Shown here one piece after another: positions 1-7,768 of a stretch of 15,453 nucleotides of DNA. The position numbers and the translations under genes were made by a program. Below the pieces are notes generated by a model, which worked only from the letters and a program-made list of their open reading frames with translations, was not told the DNA's origin and did not search any database. The DNA is from an uncultured Myxococcales bacterium (GTDB taxonomy: Bacteria > Myxococcota > UBA4151), in the NCBI GenBank assembly GCA_964013405.1, contig CAXGWI010000086.1, positions 1-15,453 on the forward strand. The letters run 5' to 3'. The first letter of the stretch is position 1. Each line of letters opens with the position of its first letter.

Positions 1-1046
1 GGACGCCCCACCATGCAAGCCTTCGCTCCCATGGCCAGGGCCTTGATCACATGACTCCCCCGACGGACGCCGCCATCGAGAATAATCTCTGCTCGGTCTC
101 CGACCGCATCGACCATGGACTCAAGGACGTCGAAAGGAGCCACCGCTCCATCCAGCTGGCGGCCACCATGGTTGGATACGATGATGGCACTTGCCCCCGC
201 ATCCACGGCCCGACGGGCGTCATCGGGAGCGAGGAGCCCCTTGATGGCGAAGGGACCGTCCCAGGATTTGGCCAGGTGCTCGACCCTTTCCCAGGTGATC
301 CGGGTGTCGAACTGCTCATGGATAAACTTGGCTAGGGAGGTGACATCCTGACTTCCTTGGTCGATCTGCCCCTCGATGTTCGCCAAGGTCATCTTCGAAC
401 TCATCAAATGGTTCCAGACCCAGGCGGGGCAGCGGGCAAACTGGAACCACTGGGCCGGACCAAAGGTAGGCGGCAAGGTCATCCCACTGTGTAGGTCCCG
501 CTCTCGGTTGCCCTGCACCGGCACATCGACAGTCAGACAGAGGGCATCGAAGCCAGCGGCCTTCGCCCGGGCCATCAGGTCCTGATTCAAGCCTGGATCT
601 TTGAGCAGATAGACCTGAAACATCTTGGCGCTCCCGTTGACCTCAGCAACGCCTTCGATGCTGACGCTCGACAGCGTCGAGAGGGAATAAAGCGTTCCTG
701 ACCGTTGGGCAGCCGCCGCCACGGCCCATTCCCCACGGTGATGAAACAAGCGGGACATCCCCGTCGGCGCCAAAAGCACGGGCCAGTCCAGATCGGCCCC
801 GAGCACCCGGGTTCGCAGATCGGGATTCTCCACCGCCACCGCATATCGTGGAACCAGTGCCACATCCTCAAAAGCTGAGGTGTTGCGACGGAGCGTCACC
901 TCATCTTCGGCGGCGCCGTCCAGATAATCGAACATCGGCTTAGGAACTCGCCGACTTGCCAAGTGACGCAGGTCTTCAATGTTTCGGCACCGGGCCAGCG
1001 CAGCGCTCATTCGGGGCTTCACATCTTCGGATTTGGCTGGCGTCAT
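1..1046 (-). CDS. lldD: FMN-dependent alpha-hydroxy acid oxidase/dehydrogenase (L-lactate dehydrogenase LldD family), 3' end runs off the window
   Basis: Not in the ORF track; translated by hand on the minus strand with no stop: MSAALARCRNIEDLRHLASRRVPKPMFDYLDGAAEDEVTLRRN...LAPTGM...YSLST...FQVY...LTVDVPVQGNRERD...AIKG...IIVSNHGGRQLDG...ILDGGVRRGSHVIKALAMGAKACMVGR. SNHGGRQLD is the family signature. Start is ATG 1046 (ATGA overlap with the upstream stop) or in-frame ATG 1010. Substrate is uncertain. Confidence 0.93.
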   Translation of the reverse strand, partial: MTPAKSEDVKPRMSAALARCRNIEDLRHLASRRVPKPMFDYLDGAAEDEVTLRRNTSAFEDVALVPRYAVAVENPDLRTRVLGADLDWPVLLAPTGMSRLFHHRGEWAVAAAAQRSGTLYSLSTLSSVSIEGVAEVNGSAKMFQVYLLKDPGLNQDLMARAKAAGFDALCLTVDVPVQGNRERDLHSGMTLPPTFGPAQWFQFARCPAWVWNHLMSSKMTLANIEGQIDQGSQDVTSLAKFIHEQFDTRITWERVEHLAKSWDGPFAIKGLLAPDDARRAVDAGASAIIVSNHGGRQLDGAVAPFDVLESMVDAVGDRAEIILDGGVRRGSHVIKALAMGAKACMVGR

Positions 1047-2392
1047 CTGCTGGTCTGCTCTTCTGATAAGCGCTTCACATGCCCTAAAACACGACCATGG
1101 ATGCGATGAAGGATGAAATCGCTGTAAAGGGTCCAATAAACGGCAGGCGCCATATTGAACCGGTACCAAGTCGTGCCCACCAAGCGGGTCTTGCCACCGG
1201 GTAGCGGCTCCAACAGAAACTCTCCCCGCTGGCTCTCCATCGTTCCTTCGAGGTGGGGGGCGTAGATGGTTGAATAGGGGCTCCACTCGCTCATGCTCGG
1301 GGGCTGCTCCACCACATCAAAGCCCAAGCGATGGGGGCGGTCCCAGACCGTGATGGGCTCCACGAAGGGCCCCGTAGAGAACTCGCAATAACGGATGGCC
1401 CCCACCCCACTGCCTTCGATGCGGGCCCGGAGCGGCACCGCAATCCCGGTCTTAAGGACCCAGTCCGAAGGTGGTGACAAATCGGGGAAGCTGACCACGT
1501 GATCCCAGACCACCTCGGGGGGCGCGTCCACCACCACCTCTGTGACCGCCTTGTGGAGCTTGGGCTCGCCCGGTGAGGTCGGTATGGCTGTGGTCAGTGG
1601 CAAGACCAGGATGAGAGCTGCCGTGGCTCTCCCACCGCTGGAACGACGCTTCGCCCAATCGGTGCCGACCAGGGCGCCAACGGTGGCGAGCCCCATGGCG
1701 AGAGGCGCTGCGGTGAGAAGACAGATCGCCCCCTCAAGGGCCAGCAAAAGGAGAGCGCCCTCGCACAAGACGACGGCGAGCAGGGCGGTGCTGATTCCCC
1801 TGCGGCGACTGGGCTCCCGGCCACGCTGGGCCAGGTAGGCTGCGACAACGCCCATCACAAACGGGGCGCCGACAAACAAACCGGAACCATATTCGCCAAA
1901 ACCGAAGACGCTAACGATCATCGCCAAAACGCCGAGCACTGCCGCGGCCGCAATGCCCTGAAGGGCCATCCCGAGGGTCGCTGATACCCGCTCTGCTCCC
2001 TCACGCCCTGCGTCGTCGCTTTCCACCCGTGTGGGGGCCAGACAGAGCGCAAGAATCACGAGCGCATGAATCAACGGCAGGAAGAAAAGCAGACCGATCC
2101 AAGGCGACCAGCCCGCATCTCGGGCCCGGCGCATACTCATGCTCGCACCGATCCAGATGAAGGGCAGGGCCAAGAGGCTCGTGACCAACGCAGCCAACAG
2201 GCCACCGCTCTGAACCATCTCGACGCGCCCGGCCAGCGCTGGGATGACGTAGAGTGCCGGATGCAGCCACTCGCCAGAGATCCAATAGACCACCAGCGCA
2301 TCCAGGATCCACTTCACCCCCAGCAGACCAAAGCCGTGGACCAGATAGCTCTTGCGGTCGACGGGCACCCCACCAAACCAAAGTTTCAGCAT
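1043..2392 (-). CDS. Membrane protein: N-terminal DUF805 (YhaH-like) domain, multi-TM middle, C-terminal SRPBCC/START-like domain
   Basis: DUF805-like motifs (V-DRKSY; SMSMRRARDAGWSPW..LLFFLP); many hydrophobic segments; C-terminal TEVVVDAPPEVVWDHV...GEFLLEPLPGGKTRLVGTTWY typical of SRPBCC; GGGGAG just upstream of ATG. Confidence 0.8.
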   Translation of the reverse strand: MLKLWFGGVPVDRKSYLVHGFGLLGVKWILDALVVYWISGEWLHPALYVIPALAGRVEMVQSGGLLAALVTSLLALPFIWIGASMSMRRARDAGWSPWIGLLFFLPLIHALVILALCLAPTRVESDDAGREGAERVSATLGMALQGIAAAAVLGVLAMIVSVFGFGEYGSGLFVGAPFVMGVVAAYLAQRGREPSRRRGISTALLAVVLCEGALLLLALEGAICLLTAAPLAMGLATVGALVGTDWAKRRSSGGRATAALILVLPLTTAIPTSPGEPKLHKAVTEVVVDAPPEVVWDHVVSFPDLSPPSDWVLKTGIAVPLRARIEGSGVGAIRYCEFSTGPFVEPITVWDRPHRLGFDVVEQPPSMSEWSPYSTIYAPHLEGTMESQRGEFLLEPLPGGKTRLVGTTWYRFNMAPAVYWTLYSDFILHRIHGRVLGHVKRLSEEQTSR

Positions 2393-2568
2393 GGCTCCCC
2401 TAACCGCTCATCAGCGCGCCGCTAAACAAGCGCAGACCGGACCATCGGGCAAGCCCCGCCCGCGCCCTGCAACTCGGCTCGAAACACGGCCGCTCGGCAC
2501 CAGTTGACTTTCGCCCCCGTCCGAGGGCACTGGATCGGCACCCAAAGACCTTTTACGGAGCTCTTCTC

Positions 2569-3033
2569 ATGCGTCAGATCATCGACCAACTCATCGACAA
2601 TGCCCCCACCGCCGAAGCCCACTGTGATGGCCCCTGCGGTGTCTACGATCCCGCCTCGGCCCGCATCGCCGCCGAAGCGGGTCTCTCCATGACCAAGAAA
2701 ATTCTCGCCATGACGCCCCCTGAGGGTGGCGACGCGGCTGCCTGGGCTGCCTACAACAACACGATGAGCCGCTACATCGCCATCAAGGAAGAACAGACCC
2801 ACCTGGCGAAAGAAGAGCTGCTCGTGCTGTGGACCGACTACTTCAAGCCCCAGCACCTAGAGGCCTACCCCAACCTGCACGATACCTTCTGGAAGGCAGC
2901 CAAGCTCTGCTCCTCCGTGAAGGTCGAGGTGAACCTGGCCCACGCGGAAGAGTTGATGGACGCCATCAAGGAGATTCACGAGATCTTCTGGGCCACCAAG
3001 GGCCGTGACATCGCCTGGTACACCGCCAGCTAA
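2569..3033 (+). CDS. sodN: Nickel-containing superoxide dismutase precursor
   Basis: Ni-hook HCDGPCGVYDPA after a 17-aa leader ending AEA; conserved LWTDYFKP and IFWATK; GGAG RBS at 2557-2560; followed by the maturation protease gene. Confidence 0.98.
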   Translation: MRQIIDQLIDNAPTAEAHCDGPCGVYDPASARIAAEAGLSMTKKILAMTPPEGGDAAAWAAYNNTMSRYIAIKEEQTHLAKEELLVLWTDYFKPQHLEAYPNLHDTFWKAAKLCSSVKVEVNLAHAEELMDAIKEIHEIFWATKGRDIAWYTAS

Positions 3034-3038
3034 GTCCG

Positions 3039-3404
3039 TTGGCTGAGGTGCCAGGGATCCGCACCGCGGGGCCCTGGGATTATCTGCTTCTGTTTCTCAA
3101 ACGACGCCGGATTTTCCGTGTGGAGGGCTCCTCCATGCAACCGGTCTTGGCCGAAGGTGACGGAGTGATCACCGCCCGAGTCCCGGGCAACAGCCCACTC
3201 CGGGTCAGCGACATTGTCGTGGCGAAACACCCCTTTCAAACAGGCATCGTCCTCGTGAAGCGCATCAGCGCTGTCGAAGACAACCGCTTCCATCTGCTTG
3301 GGGACCGGCCCGCCGAAAGCACAGACAGTCGGAGTCTGGGTGCGTTCAGTCCCGATCTGATTCTGGGCCGAGTCGTTGCTCGAGTGCCAGGCCGCTCGAC
3401 CTAG
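3039..3404 (+). CDS. sodX: Nickel-type SOD maturation protease (S26/S24-like peptidase)
   Basis: RVEGSSMQPVL (catalytic Ser), DIVVAKHP, LVKRI (Lys), GDRPAESTDSRSLG; immediately downstream of sodN. Start uncertain (TTG 3039 or GTG 3048). Confidence 0.93.
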   Translation: MAEVPGIRTAGPWDYLLLFLKRRRIFRVEGSSMQPVLAEGDGVITARVPGNSPLRVSDIVVAKHPFQTGIVLVKRISAVEDNRFHLLGDRPAESTDSRSLGAFSPDLILGRVVARVPGRST

Positions 3405-4819
3405 TCGATCCGAGCCAACAGGGCGGCGAGGCGCCCCTGGGCTTCGCGCCGAGCCTCACGATAGTCATCGGAGGCGACGATACTCTGGCGAAAGCGTCCC
3501 CGCTCGCCGCGCCACTGGCCGCGGATCATGACCTGTTCGATGGCTTGGGTGGCGTCACCCATCACGAGCGCTCGCAGCGGGTCTGGTGCGGGCCAAAGGG
3601 CGGGGTCGTCTAAGTTCCAGGCGACGAGGTTGGCGAACCGCCCCGTCTCGATGGCACCCACTGGGAGCTGCGGATGCAAATCGGCAGCATCTCCCCAAAC
3701 CATGGCGAGCAAGGCTTCATGACTGAGGTCAGACACACTCTGGTCGAAGACATCCACTCGATAGTCCTGCAGGGACTGGGCCGCCGCCAGAGTGCCCGCT
3801 TCAGCGAAGCGATCTCGTGCTTGAGACCAGGTCCCCGCCAGCCCCGGTGTTCCCGCGACCAACCGAAGCTCCTGTTGCACATTCATGGTGTCATTGCTGG
3901 CACCACAATCGGTGCCGACCAGCACCTTGGCCCCTCGGCGGCGCCAGGAGCTGAAGTGGGCAGGAAAGCAGAACTGAGCCTGGGAGAAGGGACAGAAGCC
4001 AAGACAATCCGACGCCGGGTCGATCCGCTCGAGGTCGCCGTCACTCACAAACAAACTATGCACCAAGAGGAAGGCCTGGGGACCGCCGAGCAGACCCAAG
4101 CGGTGCAGTCGCTCCACGGGGGAGCAACCATGATTCTCAAAGCTGCGCTCAACCTCTTCAATCGACTGGGCCACGTGGGCATGAATTGGCAACTGAAGCT
4201 TTGCTCTCAAGTCACCGACCAATCGCCAAAGACCATCGCTGACGGTGTCCGTTGCGTGCGGCCCGAGGGCGGCGACGATACCCTTCTCCTGCCAGGCCTT
4301 CGAGCCTGCGAGGGCTTCGGTCGCTGCCAGTTGATCCTCAAGATAGGCGACGCCAGGGCCGTTCAAATCCTGGAGTGTCAGCGCGACCGCTGCGGTGAGC
4401 CCCACATCATCGATGCCTTGGGCCAACTCCAGACCACCATAATAATGATCCCAAATCGTCCCGACGCCGGCGAGCAGCGACTCGTAGGCCCCCATCCGGG
4501 CGAAGGCACGAATGTCCGCCCCATCGAGAGCTGCCTCCACCTGGAAATAGAAGCTCTCCACCACGTTACCCCGCATGTGGGCACCGCTCAGTAGGCCTCG
4601 GTAGACGCTCATGGCGATGTGGCTGTGGGCGTTGACGAAGGCTGGCGTGAGTAAGGTGTCGCCGAGGTGATCCACCTCGGGCCCCAGGCTGTCGCCAAAG
4701 GGCTCGTCCTCGGCCCGTATGGAGGTGATCATCCCCCCATCGATGCCGATGAGAGCGGGTTTCACCTGCAGTCCACCGCCCTCGGCCGGCAACAGAACTC
4801 GATGACTGTAGACGTGCAT
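3401..4819 (-). CDS. Metal-dependent amidohydrolase (SsnA/MtaD/guanine deaminase-like, COG0402)
   Basis: PAFVNAHSH (HxH), LGPHATDT, HAHVAQ, LVHSLF, GTDCGASN, GAIETGRFANLV. Start taken as ATG 4819; the track's ATG 4837 lies inside a hairpin. Stop overlaps the sodX stop (CTAG 3401-3404). Confidence 0.9.
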   Translation of the reverse strand: MHVYSHRVLLPAEGGGLQVKPALIGIDGGMITSIRAEDEPFGDSLGPEVDHLGDTLLTPAFVNAHSHIAMSVYRGLLSGAHMRGNVVESFYFQVEAALDGADIRAFARMGAYESLLAGVGTIWDHYYGGLELAQGIDDVGLTAAVALTLQDLNGPGVAYLEDQLAATEALAGSKAWQEKGIVAALGPHATDTVSDGLWRLVGDLRAKLQLPIHAHVAQSIEEVERSFENHGCSPVERLHRLGLLGGPQAFLLVHSLFVSDGDLERIDPASDCLGFCPFSQAQFCFPAHFSSWRRRGAKVLVGTDCGASNDTMNVQQELRLVAGTPGLAGTWSQARDRFAEAGTLAAAQSLQDYRVDVFDQSVSDLSHEALLAMVWGDAADLHPQLPVGAIETGRFANLVAWNLDDPALWPAPDPLRALVMGDATQAIEQVMIRGQWRGERGRFRQSIVASDDYREARREAQGRLAALLARID

Positions 4820-4940
4820 GCAACCAACCCGGCCCATCGTGGGCCGGGCGGAACTACCGGATTTTTGCCCTCGGCGGTAGCAAACGCTTCAGGCCACGAA
4901 GCTGCCCATGGGCATCGGGGATAGGTGCACCTGCCCAAAC

Positions 4941-5180
4941 CGGGACGGAAAGCGGTGAGGCTCAACCCAGTCCCAACCGTGGAGAGTCGCCCGTAAGCCA
5001 CCGGCCTCCCCGCTGACTCGAAAGGAGCGCTGCCCATCGCTGCTCGCGAAAGCGAGGGTGCCATCACGTCCGACTTCACTTAAGGTGACCAGTCTCATTA
5101 CGTGGACGAGCCACCCAACGGGACGGCATCCTCCAAGCCAGAGCGGGGCAGGACTCACCGTTTGTAAGCGGGAGACCGCA
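4941..5180 (+). ncRNA. Candidate structured non-coding RNA, family unidentified
   Basis: Nested helices 4950-4959/5154-5163 and 5005-5014/5142-5152, inner stems, and GNRA-capped hairpins CTCGC-GAAA-GCGAG (5043-5056) and GCGG-GAGA-CCGC (5168-5179), inside a large intergenic gap. Folded by eye only. Confidence 0.4.
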
Positions 5181-5188
5181 TCAATCAA

Positions 5189-5365
5189 AACAATATGCTC
5201 TGCTCTTATTGTTATGGTTTCTTGAACAATGAGCTGAGCTGTTCCGAGATCTAAGGACCAGTGGTTGATATCAACTACCCAAAAAAGTCGACCAAATCGA
5301 CCAGGCTCACTTCCAGCAATATCATCGGTCAAGTGTCGTAGTTTCGAACAATTCGCTTCATGTTC
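5189..5365. promoter_or_regulatory. AT-rich putative promoter/operator region upstream of the lipoprotein cluster
   Basis: G+C falls to 21/60 at 5181-5240. Perfect palindrome GTTGATATCAAC (5264-5275); AACAATA-N11-TATTGTT (5189-5213); GAACA-N11-TGTTC (5224-5244); GAACA-N10-TGTTC (5346-5365). Confidence 0.45.
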
Positions 5366-5420
5366 TACCAAAGTCGGTTATCTTCTCACCAGTAGATTAA
5401 AGGTTTAGGGAGCGAAAACG

Positions 5421-6440
5421 ATGAACTATTTGAACCATTCTGCCCCGCTCGGACTGCTCGCACTCGCCCTGTGCGGTATCACCGGCTGCGCCCAACAAGC
5501 GGAGCAAGCAGCGACCGCAAACCAAGAGGAAGCCGCCAGCTTCCCCGATCGTGAATTTGACCCTTGGGCCGAGCCGGTAGGCGAGGAGACCCCCGAGGAA
5601 GCCCCAGAAGAAGCTGCCGGCGAGCGAGTCTACTTCCCCTCTCCCGAGGAACGCGAAGCAGCCAATGAACGGGCAGCAGAGGCGAACGAGGGCAACAACG
5701 AAGCGACCCCCGGTGAAGAAGCCCCGGGTTCCGAAGACAACAGCCCTGGCAACGAGGGCGGCGCCGAGGAAGGCCAAGAGGAGAACCCCCAGGAGCCTGA
5801 GCCCCAGCCCGAACCCCGGGAAGAAGAGCCCGAGCCGCCCCGCACCGGCGTGCATGGTGACTATGACTTCGACGATGGCGACAGCCTGCTCTACGTCCAG
5901 GTCTTCAAAGATGAGTCAGCCTTTGCCTCCGGCTTCGCCCACAATCACGCCATCCGGGCCTCGAATTGGGAGGGGCAGCTCTCCTACCCCGACGGTCGAG
6001 CGCAAGACTGCGAATTGACCGTCTCCCTGCCGGTGAACGAGCTGATCGTCGACGAACCGCAGATGCGCCGGAGAGTGGGTTACGATGATGAACTGAGCCA
6101 GTCCCAACGCAACGAGATCCGCGGGCACATGCTGGCGGAGAACCAGCTGAACGGCGAGCGCTTTTCCGAGATCACCTTCACGGCCACCAGTTGTTCCGGT
6201 GGCGAAGCTGCCGCTGGCCGCCTGACGGTTCGTGGCAACATGGTGATTCGAGGCGAAAGCAGCCCCGTGACCATCAGCCTCCAATACCGCATCATCGAAG
6301 ACAGCCTCTATCTACGGGGCGAACTCCCCATCACCCACGCCCAGTTCGGTTTCAGTCCGTACCGGGCCTTTGGTGGCGCCGTGCGCAACCAAGACCGCCT
6401 GGTGATCGGCTTCGATCTGCAAAGCAACACACGCAACTAA
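5421..6440 (+). CDS. Lipoprotein with acidic Glu/Pro-rich linker and C-terminal YceI (polyisoprenoid-binding) domain
   Basis: Lipobox ITG-C; AGGGAG RBS; ~120 aa of low-complexity E/P/A; YceI-like AHNHAIRA...LPVNELIVDEP...MLAENQLNGERFSEITF...VRGNMVIRG...ITHAQFGFSPY...V.NQDRLVIGFDL. Confidence 0.82.
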   Translation: MNYLNHSAPLGLLALALCGITGCAQQAEQAATANQEEAASFPDREFDPWAEPVGEETPEEAPEEAAGERVYFPSPEEREAANERAAEANEGNNEATPGEEAPGSEDNSPGNEGGAEEGQEENPQEPEPQPEPREEEPEPPRTGVHGDYDFDDGDSLLYVQVFKDESAFASGFAHNHAIRASNWEGQLSYPDGRAQDCELTVSLPVNELIVDEPQMRRRVGYDDELSQSQRNEIRGHMLAENQLNGERFSEITFTATSCSGGEAAAGRLTVRGNMVIRGESSPVTISLQYRIIEDSLYLRGELPITHAQFGFSPYRAFGGAVRNQDRLVIGFDLQSNTRN

Positions 6441-6459
6441 AGACTCAAGGAATCCTATC

Positions 6460-7701
6460 ATGAAGCGCAACGCCACCCTCTTGCTCACCGGCCTCCTGAT
6501 CGGCTGCGGAGCCCCCGACCAACCCACTCCCGATGGAACCATCGGAAGCGCTTACGACCCGGCAAATGATGCGACAAACAGCCCGGCAGACCAGGAGGCA
6601 CCCCGAGAGGACGCCCCTGCGACGAGCCAGCTCACCGTCGACGTGTCCTTTGATGGCACCATTGAGGGTCGCCTCACCGTTGCCCTGTTCCCAGGCGAAA
6701 ACCCTTGGGGCTGGAGCCGGGACCTCCGGGAACGCAACCTACCTAACTTCCCAGAGTCTGTGCGCTTCGAGAACCTTGAGCCCGGTCGCTATGCTGTCCT
6801 TGCAGTCCTCGATGCGGTCCCCTTCGATGCCACCAATCCAGGTCCAGAGGACCGGGTGGTTTCCACGTCGCTGACCCTGGACGTCGACGAGAACCAAGTC
6901 GAACTCATCCTTCCTGCAGAAGGCCCTGAAATCGAGGAGGAACCCGAGGAACTCCTTTACAACCTGACGGCTGCCTTCACCTGCAACTGCGAAACGCTCC
7001 GAGATCTCACTGTGACCGTCCACCAAAATGAAGAGGCGCCTTTCCGCAGCCGCGAGGTCATCAATCCGGTCTTTCCAGGCACGGTCGAATTCAACGACCT
7101 CCCCGAAGGTAGTTATCGTATCCGCTGGTCCAGCACCTCCCTCGGCGGTCTCTCCGGCGAACGGGATTGGACCGTCCCCCGCGACGGCAATGTGATCGAC
7201 TTCGAGGTTGAGATCCCCGCCGCCCCCCCCACCCCCGAGCCCGGCCTTGACGAAGAGCCCGAAGGCGAAGAGGGCGAGCCGGCCGCCGAAGAGCCGGAGC
7301 CCGCGCCGGAGCCAGAGCTTGTCCAGGGCGCTGAAGGCGAAGCTGGCGTCGACCTCGAGGAAGAAATCGACTTCCCCAACCGAGCGGAGGAGGCCCAAGA
7401 GTGGGCGGTCGGCACCCGGGTCCTCGGCTACCTCGACGGCTTTCGGGACTTCGACTGGTTCCGCTTTACCATCGAGGAAGAATCGAACCTCATGATCGGC
7501 ACCTCGGGAACCACGGATACCCGCTGCATCCTCAACGATGTGGATGGCAACCGAGTGGCCGACGACGACGATTCCGGCGAAGGCAACAACTGCTGGCTCA
7601 ACCTCGAGGGACTGCAACCGGGTACCTACCTGCTGCGCATCAGCCACTACTCGTGGTGGGGCAACGGCGAGTACGTGCTCGAGTCCGACTGGATGGAATA
7701 A
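6460..7701 (+). CDS. Acidic lipoprotein with two repeated beta-sandwich domains and a C-terminal PPC-like (pre-peptidase C-terminal) domain
   Basis: MKR..LLIG-C lipobox; AAGGA RBS; repeated P.FP..V.F..L..G.Y motif; C-terminal DFDWFRFTI...TDT...DDDDSGEGNN...LQPGTYLLRI typical of PPC-like modules. Confidence 0.75.
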   Translation: MKRNATLLLTGLLIGCGAPDQPTPDGTIGSAYDPANDATNSPADQEAPREDAPATSQLTVDVSFDGTIEGRLTVALFPGENPWGWSRDLRERNLPNFPESVRFENLEPGRYAVLAVLDAVPFDATNPGPEDRVVSTSLTLDVDENQVELILPAEGPEIEEEPEELLYNLTAAFTCNCETLRDLTVTVHQNEEAPFRSREVINPVFPGTVEFNDLPEGSYRIRWSSTSLGGLSGERDWTVPRDGNVIDFEVEIPAAPPTPEPGLDEEPEGEEGEPAAEEPEPAPEPELVQGAEGEAGVDLEEEIDFPNRAEEAQEWAVGTRVLGYLDGFRDFDWFRFTIEEESNLMIGTSGTTDTRCILNDVDGNRVADDDDSGEGNNCWLNLEGLQPGTYLLRISHYSWWGNGEYVLESDWME

Positions 7702-7704
7702 GAC

Positions 7705-7742
7705 ATCGGGCGGGGACCAATCATTGATCGCTCCCGATTTTT
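7705..7742 (+). terminator. Possible weak intrinsic terminator/hairpin
   Basis: ATCGGGCG...CGCTCCCGAT (one bulge) followed by TTTT, directly after the stop at 7701. The loop is long, so support is weak. Confidence 0.25.
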
Positions 7743-7768
7743 GGGTGAGACAGCGTCCGGGAGGACTC

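Noticed and set aside
2393..2568. NiCo riboswitch or clear promoter upstream of sodN
   Set aside because: Only short GC hairpins; TTGACT at 2504 has no convincing -10 at 17 nt; NiCo core not recognisable.
3674..4594. 306-aa plus-strand ORF
   Set aside because: Antisense shadow of the amidohydrolase, as expected in GC-rich DNA.
4917..5035. Resemblance to lysine (AGGTGC...GGAGCGCT) and SAH (AGGAGCGCTGC) riboswitches
   Set aside because: Too short for lysine, with no AGUA/GAAA or GCCGAA elements. The SAH partner CCAGGCTC is about 270 nt away. The downstream gene fits neither ligand.
4889..5371. 160-aa minus-strand ORF (and 4762-5079) in the intergenic gap
   Set aside because: No recognisable motif; it spans both the AT-rich tract and the helix-rich tract; likely a chance ORF. 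BLASTP would settle it.
4850..5400. RNase P, SRP, tmRNA, group II intron or hammerhead/twister identity for the gap
   Set aside because: Did not find GAGGAAAGUCC, CAGG..GGAA..AGCAG, tRNA-like ends, domain V or CUGANGA cores on either strand.
5490..5845. GAG/CCC-rich quasi-repeats as a DNA repeat array or CRISPR
   Set aside because: Explained by Glu/Pro-rich linker codons; no constant repeat-spacer period.
7538..7768. N-terminal extensions in the ORF track (7538; also 11940, 10397, 10387)
   Set aside because: They overlap neighbouring genes or promoters. Downstream starts have an RBS or ATGA coupling, or place the signal peptide or first domain motif at the N-terminus.
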